From: Eledone cirrhosa
Taxonomy: Eukaryota
DNA: 64,000 nucleotides
Assembly (NCBI GenBank): GCA_964016885.1
Contig: OZ024740.1
Coordinates: 140,926,001 to 140,990,000 of the forward strand
Direction: 5' to 3'
A program made the position numbers and the translations under genes. The notes beneath the pieces are model-generated. The model had not been told where the DNA came from. It did not search any database and worked only from the letters and a program-made list of their open reading frames with translations. Shown here piece after piece: positions 1-13,101 of this stretch. Each line of letters opens with the position of its first letter. Position 1 is the first letter of the stretch.

Positions 1-29
1 ATAAGACACACACATGCACACATACATAT

Positions 30-85
30 AGAAATGACTTCTACAGGACTAGCTCTATTTCACTCATATGAAGGCATCAGGTTTA
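30..85 (-). ncRNA. Degenerate hammerhead-ribozyme-like motif (same family as 32745-32872 and 51500-51770)
   Basis: Minus strand reads CTGATGC-cttc-atat-gag-t-GAAAtag-agctagtc-CTGT-A-gaag, homologous to the other copies. Confidence 0.4.
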
Positions 86-89
86 CTTA

Positions 90-935
90 GTGAAAAGGAA
101 AACAAAAAGTGAGAGGGCTGCTAATGTTCTGTACTGTGGATGCAAAGTGAGACCAAGGTTTAATAAGTAGAAAGACGATAAGACTCTGATACCACTAGCA
201 AAATGGCCATGCCCAATATACCAAAATAAGTAAGCAAAAACTCCATATAGTGTACCCAGAGTGGATAGTGGATGCACAAGAGATGTAGTGAGATCACAGG
301 CTGGGTGACAGAGAAAGTAGACTTCATATGGAAGAAGCCAACATTAAGGGTACTCAAAAAATACACTTTGCTAAATGTTCAGAAAGTTCAGAAGTAGTAG
401 AAACCTTTTGCTATCTAAGGGACCTCACTAGCAATAGTGCTAGATGTACTGAAAGTGTTATAGCAGAGTGAGAACAGGGTGGAGGAAGTTCAGGGAGATG
501 CTACATCTGCTGGCAATGAAGAACCCTAACCTCTCCCTCCAGGTGAAGAGCAGATTATATGATGTTTGTATGCAAACTGCTATGATACATGGTAGGGAGA
601 CATGGACTTTGAGCATAGAAAATTTGCAGTGACTTAAATGGAATGGGGTATGCATGCTCCACTGGATGTGTAATGTTAACATACAACTGAACACTAGTGA
701 ACTGAGTGAAAAGCTAAGTATGAGAGGAATTGAAGAAAAAATTGTGCTGGTATGGTCATTTGATGCAGTGAAAGCTGAATGAAAGAAGTGCTGCTTACTC
801 AAAGTGGATGTAATTGTGGCAGAGGGAGACCAAGGAAGACATGAGATCTAGTTGTGAAGAACAACCTCAAGAAACTGAATCTCAAAGGATATGATGTAGG
901 ATCAAGTTGACTGATGACTTGCCATACTACAAAAA
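90..935 (+). mobile_element. Old degenerate RTE LINE 3' part (PHD remnant, RT motif 7, C-terminus)
   Basis: Fragmentary translations KWPCP, WMHKRCS, VETFCYL, RVRTGWRKFRE, LYDVCMQTAMIHGRETW and GRPRKT match the intact RTE at 26880-29999. Confidence 0.8.
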
Positions 936-1139
936 AAAACCATTCACCAGTACAAACACTGCAACACTAAAAGTGAATATAGCAAGAGATTGAATACTAC
1001 ATGGAGTGAAGAAGGCCTTTACACACCAAGACAATGTTAGTGCCAAGATAAAATGCTTTCATTGCATTCTGTGATGTATTTGGTGGTCAAATAGAGACAA
1101 TAATGGGTAGAGAAGGCTCTTCTGTATTGGCTCTTCTCT

Positions 1140-1345
1140 AGTGCTGGTGTTATGATGAAATGCACCCAGTACATGCTACAAGGTGGTTGGTGTTAAGGAG
1201 GGCCTCCAGCCATAGTAACCATGCCAAATATGGAATGTATGAACAAGATGAGATCTCTCTGACTTGTCTAGCCATGGCAACCTATCCAACCCATGTCAGC
1301 ATGGAAGACAAAATCATGATGATAATGATGATGATGATTATGATA
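1140..1345 (+). repeat. RTE-type 3' UTR/SINE tail fragment ending in (TGA)n
   Basis: ggttggtgttaaggagggcctccagcc...agcatggaagac...atgatgatgatg module shared with RTE 3' ends. Confidence 0.6.
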
Positions 1346-2751
1346 CATATAATTATTTATGTATGTATGTATAGGCTGTCAATAGGCCTGAACATAAATA
1401 TATCTACAACAAACCAATGCTATCCATGAACTGAAGCAAACATAATCCATAAACCTACATTCTACCCCACTTACCAGACCCATACCACATAAGATAAAGT
1501 AAAAATCACATATTTTCTTCAAAACAACATTCCAACGCTTCCAGCAAAACAACAACTACCCTGCAGCAATTACTGGTATAGGGTGACAGACTTCATCAGG
1601 CTGCAGCCATGATATTACGTAATTTATGTAATATATATATTAAGCTAATGACAAAAGATAAAATGATAAAAAGATTCAAAACAACAACAGAACAGCAGAC
1701 ATACTGATATGTTCTATAAATAGACTTTGTCGGTAGGGCTGGGGTAAATTACAAATGAGATTGTTTTCAGTGCTATGCTTTTCCAATGTCGGATGCATTC
1801 AATTATAGAATTGAATTTTTTGAAGTAGCAGCATAAAAGACATTTCTATATATTCAATCAGGTATGAATTACAGCCATGTCTGAAGGTTGAAAGAACACA
1901 GAAGAGGCATTTATATTGGATTATAAGAAAATAATGAAAGTCTGTCTTTCTTTATTTCTGTCAGTCTGTCTGTCTTTTCTTCTCTAGTCACAAACAGATG
2001 CAGCAAACATTTCTGACTTAAAAAAAAGCAAAAAAAAAAGCACATAAGTTCTTTTAACTATTAGAACATCTACAAACCAGCAGAGCCTCTACATGGTAAC
2101 TTGATCGGCTAGAAGTACCAACCATGTTCTGTAAATCACACTCCTACTACCTTAACCTTTTTGATACCAAACTGCCTGAAACCACACCTGGTCCCATAAG
2201 GCAAAACTGTTTATTTCAAAAATTAAGAATAAAAGCATAGCAGTTCTTTCAACTAGTGGAACATCTGCAAACCAACAAAAGAGCCTCTAGATGGTAATTT
2301 GATGAGCTAGAAACAGCAGCCATATTCAAAAACCATCATAATAATGGGAAAGTCAGTTATATAATTAACCCTTTTTATAACAACCTGACCAAAACCTGCA
2401 ATGGTTCAATGAAACAAAACCACTCTTTTTATAGGATTCCTATTCAAATTAAAATCGTTCAGCATAATTTTTTGCCTTTGTTATATTTTCTTTGAGGCCT
2501 CTTGAGTTTAGCCTTTGCTTCAATGTTTGGAACTTATCTAATTCTTTGACAGATTCAGCTATGAGAACTATGTCACTACTATATGGGAGTTCCCATTAGC
2601 AACCGGTCTCAAACTTCCGTTATAGTTTGGACTTGCATGCTAAATTCCTTGCTGAGCTCATTGTTAACTCTCACCTTGCTGATGGCCTCTCTGTACATGG
2701 ATTGCACAGCTTTCAGAAACCATTCAGCAACACTGGTGGTTTGAAACCTAC

Positions 2752-3027
2752 ATCATTCATCATCATTTCATTTTACGTCCGCTTTTCCCTGCTTGCAAGG
2801 GTGGGACGGGAACTGATTCTGGCTTGATTTCTACAGCTGGATGCCCTTCCTAACACCAACCTCATTTACAGTGAGTGCTGGGTGCTTTTTTGCTGTGGCA
2901 CCTACACGACCACTTTGCAGTGGAATGATAAGGATCCCAGTCCCTATCATCTCATTTCTACAGCTGAGTAAACTGGAGCAATGTGAAATAAAGTGTCTTG
3001 CTCAAGGAAACAACACATCACCCGGTC
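2752..3027 (-). mobile_element. SINE family B (CORE-like body plus RTE-derived tail), 5'-truncated
   Basis: Near-identical to 41073-41409 and 49647-49986 but lacks the tRNA head. Confidence 0.85.
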
Positions 3028-3666
3028 TACAAAAGTAGTAATAGGGTTCAAGAGCTATGTTCAAATTTTCAAGTACCTTGTTAAAAAACATGATATACAT
3101 ATATGATTGGGTATCCATTCTTTGCTAAGTATATACATTTCTCTCTTCGGTTTATTATCATCACACTATAACAATCTGGGAGGAGAGTAATTGAAGTGGC
3201 AGGAGAGGCGATTCCATTAATTTGAATAAAATGGGTCCTTGGGAGAAAAAAGGTTGGGAATAATTGATCTAGACCTAGTGTGGCTCCCTGCTAAAGGCCT
3301 TCTAAGGGCTGATGGATGCTAGATATAATAGATTAGTGGATTTCTCTTAGTTAAGAACTTCTGTAGATGTCTCAGTAGGAAGGGGACATCTGTGGTACAC
3401 CTGTCCTGGTACAAACCCAGACTGTATCACATCTTATATCAATTCTCTTCTTAATTAGTTGTTCTATATCTCTTTCTGTTACTTTTATAACTTGATCCAT
3501 CTATTTGATAACTTTGTAGTTATTTCTGATGATGATACTACTGCACTACACATTGGCTATGACATCTCTTTCTCTCCCTCTCTTTCTCTCTCTCTCTATA
3601 TATATATATCATCATCATCATTTTTTCATCATCATCATTTTACGTCCACTTTTCCCTGCTTGCAAG

Positions 3667-3699
<33 letters not shown>

Positions 3700-3704
<5 letters not shown>

Positions 3705-3990
3705 AATCAAATGCTGTATGCAGGAGAGGCGGTTACGTTGGTATGGATATGTGATGCGTATGAAGGATGACAGCTGCATAAAAGGTGCAGAGCACTAGAA
3801 GGTGATGTAAGCCGCAGAGTGGGGAGACCCAAGAAGACCTGGGATGAGGTGATAAAGGCCGACCTTACCCAATTGCACCTCTCAAGGGCAGTGACACACA
3901 ACCGTGACCTCTGGCGTCATGCAGTAATACTGAAGACCCGACCTTCCACAAGAACAAGCCAAAGCTGAAGCATACAGACAATATGCAATC
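3700..3990 (+). mobile_element. RTE LINE 3' coding fragment, related to the 26581-30600 element
   Basis: Translates GIKCCMQERRLRWYGYVMRMKDDSCIK...GRPKKTWDEVIKADLTQLHLS; begins in (TA)n. Confidence 0.85.
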
Positions 3991-5449
3991 TAACTGCTAC
4001 TGAAGGAGAAAAACGTTAGTTGAAGCTTAAAGAGAGCCAGTGCTTGAGCACTCAATGCCCTAGACTATCCCTACAACGTGTGCCTCATTCTCCCAGGTGA
4101 AATAAAATATATGCAATATATTCTCTGAAATAAAATATATGCCACAAAGATGTTTACTAAACTATTTATTGGTTGCAGGAAATTATTATGTACATCAATA
4201 CTCATCCTTTTCCATTTTTAGAGGGTTTTTAAACCTCACTATCAGGCTAAAATTTCTTTAGTGAAAAATACAGCAAAAGCTTCTATTTCTAACTTCGCTT
4301 GCTGTTTCAAAACAAACTTGCTTTGTTATTATATATTTAATTTAATTTTACAAATCTGTATAAAACTGTGATCCTTTAAGGTTCAGTAACACACCCCTCT
4401 GAGCTATGCACCTGTGGCTACTTTGTTGGTCTTAAAGATAGCACCAGCCCTGAACTTCAATTCACCTTAAACAATCCATGCAAGATTTGGAGCAGCCAAG
4501 AACAAATAGGAAATACTCTATTTTATCATTCCATTTAAAATTACAAACACATATTTACTATCTCTCTCCTTCTCTTCTCTATTGTTCTCTCTTACACATC
4601 GAAAAAAAAAAGCTGCAGTTCTGATTACCAGGTAAAATGGAGGACAAGAAGTGAACTGGGCCTCCCACAGGAGCTAACATTGTGGAAGTCAGTAAACTAG
4701 ATGATGGTAATGATGATGATCATAGTAATGGTGGTGGTGCTGTTAGGAATAGGAAGAAGTTCATGATGTAAAAGTATGGAGAGTATTGATGATAAAGTTT
4801 GTTATTCTTAGCTTTAAATATTGTTTAAGTAAAACTACAGCTAAACAGGTCAGTATACCCCAGCTTTGGCTTTGAATGATATGTATATCATCATCATCAT
4901 CATCACTATTTTGTATTGATTTTTCATACTTGCATGGGTTAGACATGTTGACTCATTCTGAGGCGAGACAGGTCAAACGACTGCATCTCACTCATGTTCT
5001 ATTATTGTTTCTACAGTTGAATGCTCTTTCTAATGCCAACTATTTCACAGTATGTACCAGGTGCATTTTATTGCAGCACCATCCCTACCATTTCACTTTA
5101 CAAAGAGGACTGAGAGCATTTTATTGTAGCACCAGCACTATTGCTTTTCAATACTGTCATTGGCCAGCCGGGCTGAGAAAGACAGTAATGGAGGTGGGGT
5201 TGTAAGATGAGAGCATGTTGCTTGCTGAAGGAGGAAGTCATCTCACAATGGGAGATGGAGAGAGTGAATATTGGGTTTGATGGGGCAGACTTGAAGACAA
5301 TGAGTGATGGTTCATTGAGAAGTACACTCACCTTCCCATGTTAGCATGGAAAAGAGCATCAGGAATGTGAGTGAAGAGGGGACACTAAAATGGAGGTGGG
5401 AGAAACCGTGTGAAGAGGGAGGACTAGGTGTAGGGAGGTATTTTGCTTC

Positions 5450-6140
5450 CAAGTCTAGAATTTTTTTTCTAGTTTTGTGGATTAAGCTATGAGAACTAGG
5501 TCACCTGTATATAGAGGTTCCCAAAGGCAGCTAGTTTTAAATCCTCTGTTATGGCCTGGATGACTATAATAAACAGAAGTGAGAATAAAATCAATCTAGT
5601 TGTATGTTCACATGACTTATATAGGCTGGCTGGTTTTCAGAAGTTAGGGCTTCAAATTAGCATAACAGAATTCCGGGAGTCTTGATTCCTCATACTGAAT
5701 TCAAAGCCTCCGTGAACGCTATGGAAGCCATCACAGTATTGCACAAAATGTTCATTAAAATCGCCAGCCATATGTATGAGTCACTGTCACTGGTTACAGA
5801 GGTTCTGCATTAGAGACTTAATAAAGTCATCTTTCAGTTTATCTGCTAGTCCTGATTGTAGTGCATATGCAGAAGTAATTATTACAGTTTTTCTTTGTCT
5901 AGAACTAGCCTAAGCTTAATAATTCTATTGCTCACTCTAACAACCTGGATTATATTATCTACTCAATTTTATGCTAACAGAATACAAACTTCACCCAACC
6001 CCTGATTGTTGCCTACTCACAAAAACTTGTAGCACTGTGTTTTGCCTGTGTGATGTCTTGTATAGCTTCTTCTCCAACTGGTCTCTTGTATACAGCAAAC
6101 ATCTATTTGGTTTCCTTCTAGCATTTTACAAGCTCACCTG
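5450..6140 (-). mobile_element. Degenerate RTE LINE remnant (APE and RT pieces)
   Basis: Minus-strand similarity to the LFIIVxQAITE/DLVLIA RT region and the GDFNGH/HGG endonuclease region of the intact RTE. Confidence 0.6.
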
Positions 6141-6239
6141 ACCTACCTATCATCATGCCGATGTTAATAAGGACAACACTAAAGTTTTAGAAATCACAGG
6201 AAGAGAGAAGGTTTGTGAGAGTGGGTGGATTATATATAT

Positions 6240-6560
6240 GGATGAACTGAGGGAGAAAGTGGGTATAAGAAGAATCAGAAGTAGTGTGCAGGAGAAGAGA
6301 CTGCATTGGTATGGACAAGTGATGCATATGTATTATGATCGCTAGGTGAAGAAGTGCCAAACAATCCCGGTAGAAGGAAGCCACAGTAGAGGAACACCAA
6401 CAAAGTCCTGGGTGGAAGTGGTGAGAGCTGATTTCAGATTGCTAAAGCTCATGGAGAAGATGACAAAGGAACACAATAAGTGGAGAGATGCTGTACTGAG
6501 AAGGATCTGTCCAACCTATGCAAGTGTGGAACAATGGACGTAAAATGATAATGATGATAT
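6240..6560 (+). mobile_element. RTE LINE 3' fragment with (TGA)n tail
   Basis: VQEKRLHWYGQVM...GTPTKSWVEVVRAD, then tggacgtaaaatgataatgatga. Confidence 0.75.
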
Positions 6561-7577
6561 GTGTGTGTGTACATATACACATATACATATACACACAAAC
6601 ATACATATATATGTATGTGTACACACACGTATTTCAATTTCAATCTTCTTTAGATCTCTTTCAGATTATAGCTAATTTATCCAAAAACTGAATAAATATA
6701 TGTTTTTTTCAATTCTTTCAAACAAATCTGTGGCAAATTTTTACCACATTCAACCTACTTCTTATTTATTGTTGTTTGTTGTTTTATTTTTATGTTTTTA
6801 ATCAAGCAAACTTACATACATACACATAGACACTCACCACACACTAATACCCATACTTGCTCACTTACTACTATTATTACTACAACTGCTGAAGAAGAAG
6901 AAGGATATGACTTCTTCATCACTACTTTCAAGTTTCTTAATTTCTTCCTTTTTCCCGTCCTTCCTTCCCTCATCGATTCATCTATGGATTATAACATTGT
7001 CAAATTAAATTAGCATCAATCCTTCTTAAATTAATACAATCAGATCAAATTTTCAATTTTTATTTTATCATCACCACCATCACCATCGTTGTCATTGTCA
7101 TTGCTGGTGTCATCATTGTTGTCATCACTCCTATAATCACTATCATTACAAATCTTCTTCATCATCTTCATAACAAGTTTCCATGCTAAAATTGGTTGAT
7201 TGGAAACATGATTAAATATTTTAATACATTATTTCAAATTAATTCTTATCAAAGGACCTTGCAGAAGATGATTGAGAAAAACTTGGAGTGATGTGGTGAG
7301 AGATGATCTTAAAATTGTTGAGCCTCAGAGGGGGTGATGAATAAATGTAACAAATTGAGTTGAAGCTGTGCCGGAGAAGATCCATCCAACCCCCAACCCA
7401 TAAAAGCATGGTCAAAGGAATGTAAGATGGTGTTGATGATGAAGAAAGGAACAGAGCCTATGACCTTCTCAGGCCCTTCAAGATCACATTTATGCTAAAA
7501 ATATTAAGATTGTAATATATTAATATATATTCATATATAAGGTGCTCCTCCATTTAACACACATTTACAATGAACTA

Positions 7578-10500
7578 TCATCATCATCATCATCGTTTAA
7601 CGTCCATTTTCCACGCTAGCATGGGTCTGGACGGGAATTGTCCCCCTGGACGGGAATTTTACCGTGTTACCTACACGGCCACATTACAGCGTGGACTGTG
7701 TGTTTTTTTGTCGTGACACCTACACGATCTCATTTGTTTCGGACTGGATGTTGTGGTACCAACATAACTTTACATCGAAAGGGGTGGTGTGGATGGGGCG
7801 GGGGTGTATTTTGTTAGAGGTGCCTACTGACTGTAGGTTTCGCTTTGTACTTAGGCAAGGCGGGTTTTCTGTATAACTGTGTAGCGCCAAATATCTCGGT
7901 CCAGTGACATTGTCTTGGAGAGGTGCAAGTGTGTGAGGTCGGAATTTATCAAGTCCTCCCAGGTTTTTTGGGGTCTGCCTACTCCGTGGCTACCGTCTAT
8001 TTTTATTGCCCTGCACTTTTTTATACAGCTGTCGTCTTTCATGCGCATCACGTGACTGTACCAACGTAGTATTCTCTCGAGTAAACAACATCTGATCCCT
8101 CTTATTCCTAATTTCTCTCTTAGTTCGTGTATGCTTTGCCGTTCACGTATATTACTATTACACATCCAGCGGAGCATGCAAGCTTCGTTTCTCTCTAGTC
8201 TGCGTATATCCTCTGCACACAATGCCCAGGTCTCACTGCCATGTAACATTGCTGTTCGTATGCAGGCATCATACAGCCTGCCTTTCATTTTTAGAGAGAA
8301 CCCTTTTAACGGCCAATAGTGGTATAAGCCTCTGAACTTTTTTCATCCCGTTCTGACTCTAGCTACTGTACTTTCAGAGCACCCTCCCCCACTGCTGATT
8401 TTGTCACCCAGGTAACCGAAGGTGTCCACTATTTCTATAGAACCATCTGTGCAATGGAATGCGCCAGTATTCTGTGGGTACTTGCTGCTACTTATTGTAC
8501 CAGAGCACCGGCCACATATAAAATCTATGTTCTTAGTTAGCTTACCTGTGATCCCACTACATCTTTTATGCACCCATACTTTGCATTTGGGACATAAAAT
8601 GGAGTTTCTGCCTACTCCTTTCCTACACACTGAGCATGGCCATTTCCCAGATGGGACCGGTGCCCTATTTTCCTTCCTACAAACTAGAACTTTAGTCTTA
8701 GACAAGTTAACTTTAAGGCCTTTTGATTCTAGGCCATGCTTCCATGTTTGGAATTTCTTCTCTAGTTCCACCATTGATTCAGCTATGAGTGTTAGATCAT
8801 CTGCATATAGGAGTTCCCATGGGCAGCCGGTCTTGAACTCCTCTGTTATAGCCTGAAGGGCAATAATAAATAGTAGGGGGCTAAGGACGGAGCCCTGATG
8901 AACACCAACTTTTACGCTAAACTCTTCACTATATTCGTTGTTAATTCTAACCTTGCTGACGGTTTCTTTATACATGGCTTGTATAGCTCTCACAAGCCAT
9001 TCATCAACAGTTAGTTTTCTAAGGTCCCATCAGATAATCAAGCGGGGTACTCTGTCAAAGGCTTTCTCCAAGTCAACAAAGGCTAAGTATAGGGGTTTAC
9101 TTTTAGCTAGGTACTTCTCCTGTAGTTGTCGTACAATGAAAAGAATGTCTGTGGTACTTTTACCTGACACAAACACGAATTGCATTTCATCTAGATCAAT
9201 TCGTTCTCTGATTAGTTGCGCTATTACTTTTTCTGTGACCTTCATGACCTGGTCAATTAATTTAATGCCTCTATAGTTTCCCCTATCTAGAGCATCACCT
9301 TTACCCTTGTAGCAGTTAATGATAATACTGCTGCGCCATTCCTTTGGAACGACCCCATTCTGTATGACTTGGTTTACTATCTGAGTGACCATAGTGTGTC
9401 CCACCGTTCCAGATGCTTTCAGCATTTCAGCAACTATTTCCGAAGGCCCAGCCGCCTTGCCCGTCTTCATGTCTTTGATTGCCTTACTTATTATACTACC
9501 TTCAACTTGCACTGTTGGTCCCTCTATTGGGTCGATGTGGGGGAGACTGTCTTTCTCCCAATTATTCTCCTCATTTAGTAGCCTTTCGTAGTGACACTTC
9601 CAAGCTTCCTTCTTATCAGCGTCAGTGATGCCAAGTACACCATCATCATTAAGGACACACTTCTCCCCGACAATATCACTGTTTTCCTTGACACATTGCC
9701 TAACAATCCTGAACACCTCACGTTTTTGGTCCTCGCGTTGTAGAACATGCTTGAACTTTCTTTCCTCTGCTTCCCTTCTTGCGAAGTACACTTGTCTCCT
9801 AGCTTCCCTCCTGGCCACTTGATAGTCTTCTCTACTTCCCCCATCCCGCCATACTTTCCAAGCCTGCTTTTTGGCCTTAATTGACTCCTCCACCTTACTG
9901 TTCCACCACCACGTTACTCTCCTCCTGCCTATAGGCCTGCTCCAGCCACAGACTTCATCTGCCACCTTCAGCAGGTTAGCTTTCAGGAATTCCCACTGTT
10001 CCTCTATATTGTACGACTCTAATTGCTCTTCCTTACTGTCGAAAGCATCAAGTAATATGCTTTTAAATTTATTACTGGCTGTGGGGTCCTTTAGCTTCCA
10101 TATTTTTCTCCTAAGGATAGTCCTCTTCTGTTGTCGAGTACGTCTCGTCCTGACTATGAGGTCGCTAATTATGAGTATATGTTGAGAGGTGCATTCTTCA
10201 TGGGGGAGGGATTTAGTGTTTACAACAGACACTCTGTCACGTCTCCTGGTAAGGATATAATCTACCTGGCTTGTGTGTTCCCCCGATCTATAGGTGATCA
10301 AGTGATTGTCTCGTTTTTTTAAGTTAGTGTTACAGATAGTTAGGTTATTTGCGTCACAGAATTCCAGGATTCTGGAGCCTTCCTCATTTCTAGTACCAAA
10401 CCCATAGCCTCCATGAATTCCATCATATCCGTCACAATGTTGTCCAACGTGACCATTTAGGTCACCAGCGATAACTATGTAGTCACTGTCGGTTATTTGG

Positions 10501-11720
10501 GAGGTAGTGAGCATTAATGTCTCATAGAATCTGTCTTTTATAACGCCAGGCAGTCCGGATTGTGGTGCATATGCAGATATTATTGTCACAGTAGTTCTAT
10601 TGAGGACAAGTCTTATTTTAATTATTCTGTCGTTCACTCTATTTACGTCTATTATCTTATCTGCCCACTTTTCTGCTACCATGATTCCTACTCCACCCAG
10701 CCCATTGTCATTTCCCACCCAGAAAAGCTTATAACATCGTTCTTTACCCACAATGAATCTAGCAGACCCACCCCTCCACCTGGTCTCTTGAATACAACAA
10801 ACATCGACCTCCTTACGTTCAAGCATTTCTACAACCTCGTTAGAGTGACCCTTTAAGGTGCCTACATTCATGGTACCAACTCTGAAGTTTTGGGTTGCGT
10901 TTGGAGGGTGGGAGCGGTGGGGCGCGGGGAGGGGTGAGGGGGATGGGGTTGGGGTTATGTTGGTCATCCGCGGCCGAAACAAAGAGGAGGAGTCCTTGTC
11001 TTTTCGTCCGGCAGCATTTGTCGTTATCTTTGGCATTGTCACTGAGCGTCCAGATTTTTTCTTTTCAAACTCTCCAGAATTCCGTAGTCCATCCATCATA
11101 TCGAAAGACAACCAGGTAAGTGATAGCATAGGCTGCTGACTTATGATTGGCCCACGTAATAATGGTGGTGCGTGGGGGCGGCTGGGAGGGATATAGGGTA
11201 GTTAGCGAGAAGGTTAAGGTTTAAATAAGATCCCCGTATTTTGGGCATAATTTAACAAGCATAAAAAAATACAAGATTTGTTTTGAAATACAAGATTTGT
11301 TTTGAAATACAAGATTTGTTTTGAAAAATACGCTAGAATTATCGAATAGAAAAGCAACAAGGATTGGATTCTTGGATAAATGATACAGATTGATGAATAG
11401 ACTAGGGAATTAAAATGGAGAGAAGAGTGAAGAAATAGCAATTAGTACGTTACATTTCACCGTGCGTGCAGCCTAGCCTGAAATAGGGTTGGCGGTTTCT
11501 GAGTTTCGTACTTGCAAAGGATTTATTTTATATTTGGAGAGAGCGGAAGAGATTGGGGGTGAACCAGCATGATATAGGGGGGGGGGGGGGGTGAAGATAG
11601 GAGGGAGCAGAGGTTAACAGTTTAAATAAAGTCCTTGTATTTGGGGCATAATTTAACAAGCATAACAAAATATATATAAAATATATACAAAGATTTGTTT
11701 TGAAAAATACGACAGAATTA
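7578..11720 (-). mobile_element. Near-full-length RTE-clade LINE (family 2), with (TGA)n tail and repeat-containing 5' UTR
   Basis: Single APE-RT ORF, 3' tail seen as (tca)n at 7578-7595, close paralogue of 45001-48590; 5' boundary approximate. Confidence 0.93.
7851..10967 (-). pseudogene. RTE ORF (APE endonuclease, RT, PHD insert) interrupted by two in-frame TGA stops
   Basis: GTMNVG, CCIQETRW, SAYAPQ, AGDLNGH, NYRGIKL, FVDLEKAFDRVP, GVHQGSVLSPLLF, YADD and YLGD motifs. ORFs 9030..11129, 8343..8993 and 7851..8288 share one frame. ATG at 10967 chosen by alignment with the intact copy. Confidence 0.9.
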
Positions 11721-11787
11721 TATATATATATTTTGATATTAGTAGATAAGTTATATGCAGGTTATTGTAGAAAAAGATGTAATTTAA

Positions 11788-12002
11788 CCCTTTAGCATTT
11801 ACATTACTCTATATATACTATTATATTTTCATGGTAAAATCTTTATCTCACATAATTATCTTATATAATATCGAATCTATGAGATTTTGATATTATTTAT
11901 TTTAAAAACAATACCTTAACATGAGCGGCTCATTACAGCTGGTTTGAACAGAAAGAGGTGAGAGAATTCTGGTTGGATATGGCCGATTTAAATGCCAAAG
12001 GG
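11788..12002. mobile_element. piggyBac-type MITE
   Basis: TTAA flanks at 11784-11787 and 12003-12006; TIRs ccctttagcattta / taaatgccaaaggg. Confidence 0.7.
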
Positions 12003-12058
12003 TTAAACACAAATATACATGATAATTTTCTTTTTGTTGTTTATTTCTTTAGACTTTG

Positions 12059-12267
12059 TTAACATTTTTGATAGCAAACCACCTGACACCACCCCGATTC
12101 TACAATATAAAACTTTTTTAACAAGTTTATATTTATCTGAAATCTTCCACCATAATTTCATGTAAGGACCTTTGTTCAGTGATATCGTATATTCTTGATT
12201 ATTTTCAAAATTATTTGAAAATCATCAGCAGTGTTTTTTATTAGAAATATGGTAATGGAAAGGTTAA
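12059..12267. mobile_element. Degenerate piggyBac-type MITE (related copies near 2152, 2366, 13646-13977, 35800-36011)
   Basis: ttaac(c)ttttgata...atggtaatggaaaggttaa ends with TTAA; recurrent internal sequence. Confidence 0.5.
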
Positions 12268-13101
12268 AAAAACACCTTGACGAAAAGGCTGAAGTTGGCC
12301 ACCAATAAACAACTAATTGGCCTAAAGCTAGCTCTACTAATTATAGCAGAGACACGGACTTATAATGAAGTAAAAGGTTTTTTGTATACATGATTATAAT
12401 TGGCAATATCAGAGAAAAACAAAGCAAAAGTCATTGTAAATTGATGAACTCTGATGAAACTCTATAAATATAAAGATTACTAAAAATATAGAATTTTTTA
12501 CATTGGCTCAAGACCACAAATATAAAGGAGATGGGTTATATGGTTAACTGAAATGACAAAGGCAATATCATTTCAGCAGAAAGAAGTTCCAGCTGGATTT
12601 GGTCGAGGAGGAACAATAACGACCTCCATACCATCGTGTTTGTATTTTAACGCATGCTAGTGGAAGCAACACTGAATCAGTCGTGGCTTGTAGTGTTGGC
12701 AACAGCACCGGTGATACTGTTGGCCTCTCACCATTACCATGACTAACAACATTATTTTCCAATTCAAGAAAGCATTTAAATATAAGTTTGGAAGCAGGGG
12801 CAATAGAGAGGATTTCTAATTAGATCCTGTCAACAAAAATCTCCATACAGTTTCAATACACAAGTATCCGATTTACAAATGGCTAAATGTCAGCAGAAGC
12901 ACACCCTTAGAGTCATGACCTGGAAGTGGCTTGGCCCCCTTAGAGTGTAAGAAGTTAAGGGCCGAAACACTCGCTTGAGGTGGGTTTCTTTTCTGAAGAC
13001 CTTCTGCTGTCCAGATCTCCTGAAAATTTCTTACCACTACCAGGCCTAAAATGATGAACGAGAAAGCTGTCCCTTGTGGGATTTGAACTGAGAGTGTAGA
13101 G

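Noticed and set aside
2045-2330. Direct repeat containing TTGATGAgctaGAAAC
   Set aside because: No room for stem II; part of a common dispersed repeat (similar text near 59180)
11440-11520. HDV-like ribozyme at the RTE 5' end
   Set aside because: Could not build the nested double pseudoknot by eye here or at 30560-30600
12568-12830. Possible host exon (64-aa ORF)
   Set aside because: No recognisable domain or convincing splice-site pair
12925-13005. Hairpin-CGAAAC...CTGAAGA as a permuted hammerhead
   Set aside because: Cleavage position is G, and stems I and II do not close
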